64,000 nt of DNA, taken from NCBI RefSeq assembly GCF_006345805.1, contig NC_043007.1:28582001-28646000 (forward strand), written 5' to 3'. Of the stretch, positions 52,514 to 64,000 are shown piece after piece. The notes beneath the pieces were generated by a model. The model saw only the letters and a program-made list of their open reading frames with translations, had not been told where the DNA came from and ran no database searches. Position 1 is the first letter of the stretch, and every line of letters begins with the position of its first letter. The stretch is from Octopus sinensis. Lineage: Eukaryota. The translations under genes were made by a program, and so were the position numbers.

Positions 52514-53889
52514 TTGCTATACTTGAGAAGATCTGTTCATCAGAGCAAAAGAGAAGTAATAAAAGCATTATGTTTATGTCAATGTCCCTGCATTAAATTG
52601 ATTCCTGTCAAGCTTTCCCCATTTCACGTCTGTCATCATAAGTTGGCTTCACTGAGGCTGACTACAACTAAAAGAACAACAACGAAAGGGAGGTTTCTTT
52701 GTGAAAGACTCCAACAGCTTTATTTCTAAATTATATTACAAACAGCATTCGAGTGAGGTCGTTGGCTGTGCCGCTAGACTGGCTCCTGTGCAGGTGGCAT
52801 GTAAAAACACCATTTGAGCATGGCCGTAGCCAGTACCGTCAGACTGGCCCTTGTGCCGGTGGCACATAAAAGTACCCACTACACTCTCAGAAGGGTTGGC
52901 ATTAGGAAGGGCATCCAGCTGTAGATACTCTGCCAGATCAGACTGGAGCCTGGTGCAGCCATCTGGCTTGCCAGTCCTGTCAAATCATCCAACCCATGCC
53001 AGGAATCAAACTCACAACATTACAATCATGAGATGAAAACCCTAACCACTAGGCTATTAAAGAAGTACGCAAAAAATAATCAGTTCATCATCATCATCAT
53101 TATCATCAACCCCACCACCACCGTCACCATCGTCGTTGTCGTCATCACCATCTTATGTATATTTTTCCCTCGGTGTTGCCACAATCTGAGTCACTTGTTA
53201 TTCGGAGTTACAGCCCTAGTACACAGGTTCGGTTGTTCATACATTTCATATGGGGTTTGGTTTCTATGGCTCGATGCCCTGCCTAATACCATCCATTTTA
53301 CAGAGTGTTCTAGGTACATTTTCTCGCGACAGCAATTTAAGAGGCTGACATGACCTCAACAAAACGACAGTCCTCTCAGGCTACAGTAGCCTTTGTGCAA
53401 CCTGTGGTACTCGTATAGAGATAAATAGGTACCACAGGTTTTATATTGGGTAGAACTAAAGACTGAACGACTGTTCCTTCATGCAACAGTGCTGACTTCC
53501 AACTCACATCTTAGCTTTTGTGCTACAAGAAGGATGCATATCATGATGGGAAATTTCTTTGAAAACTAGATTTTCGTAGTGAATAATAAGAACAAGTTAA
53601 CAGTGTATTGCGGGAACCGCTATGATTTGAAATAATTATGATGTGTTGACACAGAAATCGACAATCTCCTGTGCTAACTTACAAATACGACATTAGAAGT
53701 CATATGAATTATAAAGAGAATATAAAATACGATCTGAAAACATGCTGACCGTGATAGATTTGTCATTGATATTAAAACTACAGGAAAAAATTAGACTGGG
53801 AAATATTTTATAATTTACGATATCGGAAATTACAAGACTATAAAAATATTATTTCTCTTTGATTTCCAAGTAATTCAAAAACTTTTATT

Positions 53890-54438
53890 ATTTTCAAAAA
53901 TCGGTGGATGACAGAAATCGGTTGAGCGTCGGGAGCTCAATTAACGCCGACATTGAGCTTGGTTCCTCCCTTGTTCCTCTCCATCTGAAATGCTTGACAT
54001 CAGTTGATGTTGTGAATAATTATTTTTTAAATCGACATCATTGAACGTTACACAAAAATCCCTTCGTGGCATTCACCTACGTCCTCCGTCTCCGTCAACG
54101 AATTTAAAGAAACCACCCCCAAACCAGCTGGGATTCACTTTGCCACTCATTGATGTGCAGAGATCGATAAAAGAAATTGTTTTGCACTGGATTGATAGAA
54201 TCTATAATACCCCAATACCAAAATATATGGCCATATATTTTATTTCCCAATAAAGTGACAGTAATGTCAAATATTTGAGGCGTCGTCGATGGAGGTTGGC
54301 AGAATTCTCGACATGAACGAAATATAAACAAATGTCAGTTGGCCGGAAGTGACCTCTCTCCGCTCGTCATGTGATCAATCGACTCGCAGCACCTGATCCG
54401 CATTTCACTTCAATCCTTCGACACAGTTTTCGGTGAGT
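53890..54438. promoter_or_regulatory. CpG-rich putative promoter, possibly divergent, with a + strand first exon ending at 54432
   Basis: Local CpG enrichment, ETS-type CCGGAAGTG at 54343-51, donor CG|GTGAGT at 54432/33 and a downstream acceptor tttgtgtag|G at 55059/60. Minus-strand donors lie at 54080 and 54076. Confidence 0.55.
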
Positions 54439-56389
54439 TCTTTTCTCTCCTAATATTAAATCCCTCCCTTATATTTCAAACCTGTTTCGTCCATAAATAT
54501 TTTTCTCTCTCTTCAGTGACTGACCCCACCCCCACACCCACACGTAATTGTTTGTTAATTACAAATTACAGGAATATTTTAATTAAAATAGATTCACTTT
54601 TTTAATTAACCCTAATCTCCCTCATAAACCCTGACGTTTGACTCCCTTAAACCAACATTATTTTTATTAAACTCTGAATATTCCATCTTCCACACAATCT
54701 CCCGTCGTCGTCGTCGTTGTTATCACAATCCCTTTTTTTTTTTTCTTGATTATTAATTAAAAAAGTATATTTTAATTATTTTTAGGTTTCGCATGGAATA
54801 TTCTTTCTCTGATGACACATTATTTATTGTTAAAAAATATTTTATTTGTATAATTTACCCTGTGATCTAATTATTGGCCAAATGTTTTACGCAGTCTCCC
54901 TCTCTGAACCCAACAACAACAATTAAAATAACATTAATGATGATGATAATAATGGTAAATGATATTAATTAGCCAATGACAAAATCTAATGGACTGAGAA
55001 GAGTTTTCAGTTCTGTTTTGGTTCTATAAAGATTGAAGAATTCGTTTGTTTTTGTGTAGGTGTGACCTTTATCACAATTATCAACCCTCCCTCAACAACA
55101 GGACATCATTCTTCTACTTCATTTAACTTCCTTGTTTTACCTCCTTTAATGATTTTTGAGAATAATATTTCAGTCTAGAAAAGCATTTTCTTCTCACACA
55201 CAAGAAGACCCTCGATGCCAACCACTTGTCTGTTGCCCGTGAAGAAATCTCGGATGGCGATTGTTGTTGTAGCATTCTTTCAATTCATGTCCTCCTCCAC
55301 ACCTTCTTCTTCTTCTACAATAAACCGTTCTTCGGTTCGTCTTGGATTTATTGCATAATTATTTCAATTGTTTTGATTGTCGTGGAATGTGTGTCTTTGA
55401 AAGAAAAATGTGTCACTCTGAGAGTAGATAAATAATGTCAGTCCATTCCACATGTTTACCTGAGTGAATGATTGATGTCAATGTATTGATAAAGTTAATT
55501 AAAATGCTCCGTTAGTTTATCATTAGTGTAGTCTGCGATAACAATATATTAGAAACTAAACTATGTGACCATTAGTGTAATTAGCGGAGAGTGTTCTTAA
55601 TTAGAACAAAAGGAGAAACTTCTGCTTTATTGCTGTCGTTTAGCCCCGGGTCAACTCTGATCACAGATGCTCCAGACATGACTCTCCTATTTTATAGCCG
55701 CAGTTCACTTCAAGTTGCAATATCTAATGGCTTTCTTCTTTAGAAGACAATGGTATGTGATTTGAGAGAGATTTGGCTGCGATTTTTAACAGATGAAATA
55801 ATGATTACGTGTTGGAGTGTAGATAGATAAAGGATGTCTTTTCTGAAATGAGACGGAGCCTACCTGAGCCTGGATAACTTTTATCAAATAATATGGGTTG
55901 AATATAAGATTCTCATAGAAAGGGATCTGTGATTAATTATTTATGTGCTTTACAGATTTCCAATCAGTGTTCTATCCTTCATCCATCCAGACACTCCCAG
56001 CTTGTCTCCACTATATCTGTTTTTCCATGCAGTGAAGGCGGGGCAGAGATCTGTAAATAAATGTTTATATTACTCACTAGAACTAGATGTTGTTTATCAA
56101 CAAGTCAGCCGTGATCGAGAAATCCAATGATTGTGGAGGAAGGTTTAGCTACCATTCCTACTCACTTTGCTAGAAATAACAGTCAAATCTCTCTCAGATA
56201 ATTCTGTACTATTTAAAAAAGGAAAAGAACGTATTGGATTGTAGTCCTTCAGTCTTTGAGTTGCTACCTTCAAGTATTTAGTCACTCATATTAATCCCTA
56301 GCACTCATAGTCTTGTCATTTAACCCTAGGTCTACTCTGATCAAAGGTGTTCCAGACATGACCATCCTAGTCAACTGTTGTAAGGGTAA

Positions 56390-57725
56390 AAGATATGTCT
56401 TTGAGAAGTAGGCAACTGTTGGACCAGGTGAATGAAAGTTCTAAAAGAGTTGTAGTCAATTAATTAGGAAGAGATTAGACGAGATGTGCAGTTTAGTTTT
56501 GTGGCTGGGGAGACGTGTTACTGCTGCTTTCATGCTGGTGGGCAACTATAGGAGAAGTATTTAGCTAAAAGCTGCTGTGCTTAGCATTTATTGACCTGGA
56601 GAAAGCTTTCAACAGGATCCCTCATTCTATGATCTGGTGGCCACTGAGGAAGTTAGGGTTAGACAAATAGCTTGTGAGCCATACAATCCATGTACAGAGA
56701 CACTGTCAGATAAAGTTAGAATAAGCAAGCACAATGAGTAATGTACAGGGAGTTCTTTCTGGTTTGGTTTCCTGTCCCTTCATCTTCATCATGGTCCTTC
56801 ATGCCATAACAGAGAAGTTTAAGGGCTGTCCATGAGAACGCCTTTATGCTGATTAACTTGTTCTTTTAGTTGAACCTCTGGTATAATTAGAAAAAACAAT
56901 AATTAGGGAAAAAAGTGAAACCTGGAATCAAAGGGGCCATAAAGTTAACTTAGCAAAGACCAAAGTTTTAATAAAACAGGAAAGCAGACAGCCCTCTGCT
57001 TCTGTCAGGTAAAAGGCTCTGCTTGATTTGTAGAGAAGGAATAAGTAGAAATTCTATGATAAACCCAGTTCAAATTATGGACTCATAAGAAGTGCAGTAT
57101 TATGGCAGGAAGATTAATAGAGAAAGCAGTGTTTGTATGTGGCAGATGCACAGGAGCAATAAACACCAAGAGCACATTGGAAATAGACTTTCTCAGATGT
57201 CTGCAAGGATTTCTAAAGATAGTTGATAGTTTTTGTTATCTAGCTGACCTAATTAGCTATGGAAGGCGATGTTCTGAAAGTATGGTTGCTAGAATACAAA
57301 CTGGTTGGAAAAAGTTCTGAAAGCTATTACCTCTGTTGGTAGCAAAAGGTCTCTCTCAGAGTGAAAGGCAGATTTTATGATGCTTGTGTACATTTAGGGA
57401 CCAATTTCACTGTTTAGTTATGAGAAGTGGGCCCTAAATACAGAGGATTGTAAAGACTGAAAAGAAATGAAGCCAGCGTGTTCCACTGGATGTCCAACAT
57501 CAGTGTACATGTATGACAAAAAACATATACAACAAAGTTGAAAGAAAAGCATAAAAGGCATGTGGACAGCAGTGTAAAGAAGTGCCAATCGTTTAATGTG
57601 GATAAAGCTTGTGGAAGAGGGTGACTCAGGAAGATACAAGATGACGTGGCAAAGGCTGACCTGAGGACTTTGAACTTCATGGATAAAGGGACAAGGGGCC
57701 AGAATGACTGGGAATATGCAGTGCT
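56390..57725 (+). mobile_element. Old, heavily mutated copy of the PHD-bearing RTE family
   Basis: Broken frames read LAFIDLEKAF, KVNLAKTKVL, VFVCGRCTGAIN and IVDSFCYL; colinear with 47340-48680. Confidence 0.8.
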
Positions 57726-58739
57726 CACAATGTGCCTATCTCAATAATACTGAGATTCTCAAATCATTAATGTTATTTTAATTGTTGTTGTGTACATACA
57801 CACATAACTGGGTCCCTCACCTGATTTCCAAGCCTCCCCCAACCAATCACCTGCCTAACTGTATTATTCTGCAGCTGTAATTAAATAAGAGCAGAACTGC
57901 TTATTTCATCAGCCTTTTCTGTAATATCACTTATCTTTCTCATTACCTGGAATCATTTCACATGATATTCATCCTTACTTTTTAATACTATCCCTCTCCA
58001 CTCACATTTTACATTGATCACCCTTCTATGCCATCAAATTACCTCTCCTTCTCAACTACCATACATCTATCACTTACCCCATACACTATGCCAATCTCTC
58101 TTCTCACTTGTGCAACCTATCCATCCCCATATCATCCATCTCCTGTCTACTATATTATTATTATTATTATTCTGTCTATTTATCATCAACTACCCCTCAA
58201 CCCTTGTTCATTGTATTCACCCCATTCACCTTTGCTAACCCTAACCCTCACTCTCCCCACCCACATTACAACCTCCACCCACCTTAACCCCTCATCACAA
58301 CTATTTTATCTCTGTTTCCAGTTCCACCCCAGTTACTACTATCCTATCTTTTATAATATGAGTAACCCCCATGTGTCTCCCCCATGACAAGAAACTTGTT
58401 CTGGTCCTAACTCCTTATTTCCAAGCATGAGGTCACATCCCTCTCTGTTGTAACCCTACTCAGTCAAAGGGGAACTGCATGGGGACCTCACAATTGCTGG
58501 TACCATAAAAAGTGCACCCAGTGTGCACTGTCAGATGGTTGGCATTAGGAAGGGCATCCAGTTGTGGAAGCATTGCCAAAACACTGGAGCTCAACACAAT
58601 GGTGTGACTCATTAGATCCTGTCAAAGCATCCAACCCATGCCATCATGGAAAATATATTAAAAGGAGGAGGATGGTGGTGATATTTTTGTGCTCATACTA
58701 TATCCAGGGCTGGTACAGGAACAGGAAGACTAAAACCTT

Positions 58740-59890
58740 TTTCCAGTATGAATGACAGCCTCCTCATCATCGAGGCAGGTGATTTTAATAGACATGCTCA
58801 ACATTACAAGGGGTTTTGTTATGGTGCACACAAATGAGGAGTGATGGAGGGTGTGGAAGTAGAAAGAAATATCAGACAGCATTTAGTTCAGAGATGTATT
58901 ACTTGTTGCAAGTGAGAAAATAGAAGTTTCTAACAGAGAGGACAACTGGAAGTTAGTACAGAACAACCTCCAGAAGGTGACGTACCAAATCTGTGTTTGG
59001 TGCAAAGTTCAAACCGAAAAATAAGGGTGGAATAATTCTGTAGAAAGAACGATGAAGGCAAAGAGAAGACTGGAAGAAAAGGGAGTCGTGTCACATAAGA
59101 AGAGAACTTAGATATTAAGTAGACTTAGCCAATGTCCTACAATATGAGGATCAGAAGTGTGAGGTAACTTGGATTGCAAGGCTGAGTGTGAAAAAACATC
59201 ATGACATCCCTGAGAAGTTTGTAAAGAATAATAATGGCACACTTGTATTTCTTGACATTGAAAAGAACCATGGAAGTGTTATGAGAAAGTGCATAGGAGA
59301 AAGGTTTTTTTTGCCAAGGTAGATTCAACTGGCCATCACATTCATGTTGACAACTGTATGGTAGATACAGCAATTAAGGATATGAACGCAGCGATGGCAT
59401 TTGGTCTATCAAGAATTACTGCTGAGATGCATAAAATATCTGGTAGAGTTGATTATAGGATTAATCATATGCAAAGTCAATCAGGTAGTGCAGGAAGGGA
59501 TTATATTGGCTTGGCAGCATCACTTGCTACAAAGTCAAAGAAGGTGCACCAGAAAGAGGAAGCTACAGAGGTACCAATCTGCTGGACTAATTTATGGAAA
59601 AAAAGTTACAGAAAGTCTTACCGCTTAATTGAATGAGAAGAGGGTTAATTGGGATGGAAAACAGTTTAGTTTGTACCAGGAAGAAGTGCAGAAGTACTTA
59701 GCTCGGAGTAAGCCACTGTAGCTGGCATTTTTTGATCTAAAGAAGACTTTTGACAAGGTTTTATAGTTTGTAATCTGGTGGTTACTGAGGTGAAAGAATG
59801 ATGGTACAAGTCGTGTACAATGATGCATTCAGCAAGTTGAGAGTCAGCAATGAGGACAGGGATGAATTTAGCACGAAGGTTGAGGGTCCT
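58740..59890 (+). mobile_element. Old RTE fragments (endonuclease and RT remnants)
   Basis: AGDFNRH, and remnants of FLDxEK and VHQ. Confidence 0.5.
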
Positions 59891-59893
59891 TAA

Positions 59894-60115
59894 GGCGGCG
59901 AGCTGGCAGAAATGTCAGCACGCTGGGCGAAATTCTTAACAGTATTTCGTCTGCTGTTACGTTCTGAGTTCAAATTCCGCCAAGGTCGACTTTGCCTTTC
60001 ATCCTTTCGGGGTCGATAAATTATGTACCAGTTACGCACTGGGGTTGATCTAATCAACTTAATCCCTTTGTTTGTCCCCTCTATGTTTAGCCCCTTGTGG
60101 GCAATAAAGAAATAA
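59894..60115 (+). mobile_element. tRNA-derived CORE-type SINE
   Basis: A-box-like agctggcagaa, B-box-like gagttcaaattc, CORE-like gcctttcatcctttcggggtcgataaa and an aataaagaaataa tail. Confidence 0.85.
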
Positions 60116-60329
60116 GGGCTCACCCTTCAGCTCCCTCCTATTCCTTATAATCCTCTAGGCCTTAATAGAAATGTTTTAGTTGGTTGTCTATGGAAATTCC
60201 TGTGTGCTGGTGGTCTGGTTCTTATGAAAAGGAGTTGGTAGAAATTTCATTATGATTTACCTAAGTTAAACTATGAACACACAAGAAGTGTAACAGAAGT
60301 GCAGGGATTCTCATAGACAAGGTCAACTT

Positions 60330-60900
60330 CACAACAGCAGATGCAAAGGGACAATAAGCAATCAGAACGAATGAAAATTAGATTCTCTCAATTGTCTAAT
60401 GGATCTGTAGTATTTGCGAGCTTTTCTTTTGAAGGTGACCTAATTGGCAGTGAGAGTGGGTGTTCTGAAAGTCTAGAAACCAGAGTAAGAAGCTGGGTAA
60501 CATTCAGAGAACTATTGCCTCTGCTAGCAAAAAAAGGGTTTCTCCTTCAGAGTGAAGAGCAGATTGTAAGATGCTTGTGTACAAAGTGTAATGCTGCTTA
60601 AGTGAGGTGTGGACATTGAATGCAGAGGATTTGAAAAAGCAAGAAAGAATTGAAGGGAGTCTGCTCTGCAGCATGTATAGTGTTTGTGTGCATGAACTGA
60701 GAGAGAAACAAACTGGAGATAAGAAGAATGCGGCATAATGTGCTAGAGAGAAGATTATACTGGCCATGTGATGCTGAAGGAGGATTTCAGCTTTATAAGG
60801 ATGTGCCAATCACTTAATGTAGATAGAACCTATGGAGGTGTGGAACTGAGAGAAACTTGTGATGAAAATTAATCTAAAGCTGTTGCATCATATGAAGGAG
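60330..60900 (+). mobile_element. Old RTE thumb fragment
   Basis: LETRVRSWVTFRELLPLLAKKG; colinear with 48150-48660. Confidence 0.65.
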
Positions 60901-61232
60901 AGGACAATGGATCATTTCAGTTGGTGCCATGCAGTACTAGAGAAGACCCAACCAATTATGCAGAAATGAACATTGGAAACTAGTGATGGCAGCTGAGTGG
61001 CATCGTATGCTCTGGTTTGTCACTCTAATGAAAATCACTTGCTTTAATTCGAATACCCTATGAAGATGAAGAATTTTATTCTCACATTTATGTACAGACT
61101 GCATTCTGGCAATCTGATCAGAAACAGCTGTTAGCTTTGTTATGTCTTGCGTTGTATCAATAAACAAGCTTTAAATGTAGTCGTATCGATGTACTAGTTA
61201 ACCTATGTTTTTCTCCATTTTCTAATTATTTG

Positions 61233-61279
<47 letters not shown>

Positions 61280-61365
61280 CTACTCTATACATAAATTCTT
61301 TTTGCAAAATTCTGGTGACCGGTGACCTCTTTTCTCAATATTCAATATCGGTACACGACTTTTAG

Positions 61366-61404
<39 letters not shown>

Positions 61405-61676
61405 GGCTGGTGAGGGTTGGCAACAGGAAGAGCATCCAGTTGTAGAAAAGTTTACATGGAAAAATGGATGTTAAATGATGATGATATATGTAGCTGCTAT
61501 GAAGGTCTACATCTGCTGTGTCTTCTTTTTAAAACTCATTCACCTCCTTCCCTTTTCCTTCTTCTAGACTCTGCTAGTATAGTTAAGGTGCTTGTGTGGT
61601 GAAGAATGTTATTGGACTTTTACAGATTCATTCCCACCACTACAACCATTATCTTTATTATTATTATTATTATAAA

Positions 61677-61887
61677 GGCAGCGATCTGACAGAATCATTA
61701 ACACACCTGGTGAAATGCTTAACCTTATTTCATCTATCTCCATGCTCTGAGTTCAAATCCCACTGAAGTTGACTTTGATTTCATCCTTTTGGGGTCAATA
61801 AATTAAATACCATTGAAACACTGGGGCCAATTTAATTGATTAGTCTCCTTCCTCCAAATTTCAAGCCTTGTGCCTTCAGTAGAAAGG

Positions 61888-61890
<3 letters not shown>
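61677..61890 (+). mobile_element. Decayed CORE-type SINE with (ATT)n tail
   Basis: Aligns with 59894-60060. Confidence 0.7.
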
Positions 61891-61894
<4 letters not shown>

Positions 61895-61919
<25 letters not shown>

Positions 61920-63410
61920 TTTTAATCTGCATATTTGCTACAATCACTTGCTGAGACACCCTAGCATCCTAGGGCAAGTGAAGGATAAGAGATGTTACAG
62001 CATGACTGAAAGCCTGTGGAGGGCAAGTGGCAGGAACAGTAGCCAAATATTTTCATGTAATACAACACAGACATTCAAGTGGATAGGGTTTTTCTAAGGA
62101 TGTGGGCAATACTTGCTAACACAATCTTTTGGATTTCTCTGAGATATGGCTCTCTTGGGATCTTATCTAGATGTTTCTGACATCCCTTTTTTCATCATAC
62201 CTATGGTACCCACAATAACAGGAACAGTTCTTGCTTTAATATGCCACATCTTTTGTATTTCAATTTCCAGGTCCATTTACTTAATTTGTCAAATTCCTTT
62301 ACATATTTTTATCAGTGGAACACTTACATCTATTAGCGTATAAATATTTTCTTCCCTATCTTTAATAATTATGTCTAGTCGATTAACCAGGATCATTCTG
62401 TTGGTGTTAACTGGAAAATCCCAGAGGATAGTGACATTTCTACCTTCAATGATTGGCCCAGGATGATGTTCATACCAGTAAGCAGGAGTGCTGATTTTGT
62501 CGTGTTTACATATTTTCCAATGTAAATACTGTCCTACCCTATCATGGGGATTTTTATATTTATTTGGTATCAGCACAGGACATCCTGAGATGAGATGGTC
62601 TATTGTTTCATCAAATTGATCGCAGAATCTGTATTTAGGGTCAGAACCATTTTGAAGAACATTAGCCAGGTAGTTTTTGGTAAGCAAGCTTTGATTTTGT
62701 GCCACCAATATGAAATCTTTAGTCTCTTCCTGAACTTCTTGGCCACTGATGGGCTGTTGCTTGGTCTACATCAACATTTCACCTTCAAAGTCCATATCCC
62801 GTCCATGCAGACGCTTCTGGCTCCACTGCTCATCAGTTTCTTTCTGCCTGTTCTTTTTTGCATTCTGTTTGATCTGTTTTGCTTGTTTGGTTGCAGTGGT
62901 TTCAGGTTCTCCGTCTAATTCAGGGTTAATGCCAAGTTCCCTTGTGAATTTCCAAGCTTCCTTGACAATAAAATGTGATTTTTTGCTGTTTTCATGTTTG
63001 CACACAAGCCGCCGCATCCAGTCACCTGTACTGAACAAGTACCTGTTCATTGCTATTGTAGAGGTCTTATAGCACAGTTCTACTTTTATTATTCCTCTTC
63101 CCCCATTACTTCTAGGTAGGTACAGACGGTCAGCGTCTGCTTTTGAGTGGTGCATGTTCTTAGATGTTAGTAGTTTTCTTGTCTTCCTATCCAGGCATTG
63201 GAACTCTGTAAGATTCCAGTTAATGATGTTAAAGTTATATTGGACTATTGCAAGTGCCAGGGTGTTAATGGCTTTGATGCGATTTTTGGAGCCGAGTTCA
63301 ATTTTTGGTATGAGCCTTACTCTCCTGTAATACTTGTTCCTCGCAGTCTTCTGAGAGGTTCATTCTTCATAGACTGCTGACAATGTCTGTAAAACCCACT
63401 TCCAATACAA
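61895..63410 (-). mobile_element. 3' half of an R4/Dong-clade LINE with restriction-like endonuclease
   Basis: Minus-strand frames read DRKTRKLL..MHHSKADADRLYLPRSNGGRG, a degenerate CCHC knuckle (RFCDQFDETIDHLISGC), HDRVGQYLHW, ILWDF, RLDIIIKD..LIDVSVP and EIQKMWH..VPVIVG, then a 3' UTR ending in (TAA)n. Confidence 0.85.
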
Positions 63411-64000
63411 ACTTGGCTATGATAGTCAACTAAAATCTGCTACATGTATCTTTTACTTTTCCCTTAAAACATATTTTTTACAGGAAGAAAAGAAAGAAAA
63501 AACATTAAAAGTATAAAATATCAAATTATCAAGAAAAATTCCCTCATAACCACCTCACCAAGAAATAAAAAGTGGGGGTGGAATAAAGCAGCAGATGTGG
63601 GTGGGTAAGTGGGGTAAAGGGTTGTACACCCCAGACTAAATGGGTAAGTATCACTGCAGCAAACACCTCACCTCGTGGGGGGTCATTTCTCAAAATTGTC
63701 TTTGAAGTAAATATTTTAATGTTTCCTCAGAGAATACCAAGTTGTTGTTGACACTAAACAATGGTTTGTGGTTCACTTTACTCTTTCATTGTCTCCATAT
63801 CTTACCAACTTTCTTCTCGGACTAAATTAACTGAAAATACAATGAAGGAACATTTGTTTATACAACAGGCAGCTCTAAATAGCCCTGCCATCTGTCTATT
63901 ATTATTGCAATTCAATGGACATTCCATGTTAGAGTTTGTAAATATTCAACAAAACAAAAGTTTGCCCAAATACTTACAAATTTGAATATATTCAAATTTC

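Noticed and set aside
54041-54331. Opposing 70- and 75-aa ORFs in the promoter region
   Set aside because: No recognisable homology; treated only as part of the putative promoter and first exons.
55226-55435. 69-aa ORF in the putative second + exon
   Set aside because: It contains simple repeats and no domain; more likely untranslated.

Overview
AT-rich, microsatellite-dense animal genomic DNA, most likely an octopus (coleoid cephalopod). That call is inferred from an HCDIC-type C2H2 zinc-finger remnant, CORE-type SINEs and RTE LINE tails. Most listed ORFs are microsatellite or transposon artefacts. One host gene is supported: five spliced + strand exons (9437-21975) encoding the C-terminal part of an adenylate-kinase-like protein whose last domain appears to have lost its P-loop. 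A CpG-rich, probably divergent promoter lies near 54.3 kb. The rest is a stack of mobile DNA: a Helitron, maT and mariner transposons, a solo LTR, CR1/L2, RTE and R4/Dong LINEs, SINEs and a decayed tRNA-Val. The most striking unexplained structure is a cluster of Penelope-like-element (PLE) termini carrying minimal type I hammerhead ribozyme motifs. There are about 11 full-core motifs plus several half motifs. Many are folded into palindromes that all share one polarity, with truncated 5' ends at the centre and 3' ends outward. One is a perfect 96-bp-arm palindrome with an intact hammerhead on each strand. All calls come from manual reading; no search or folding program was run.
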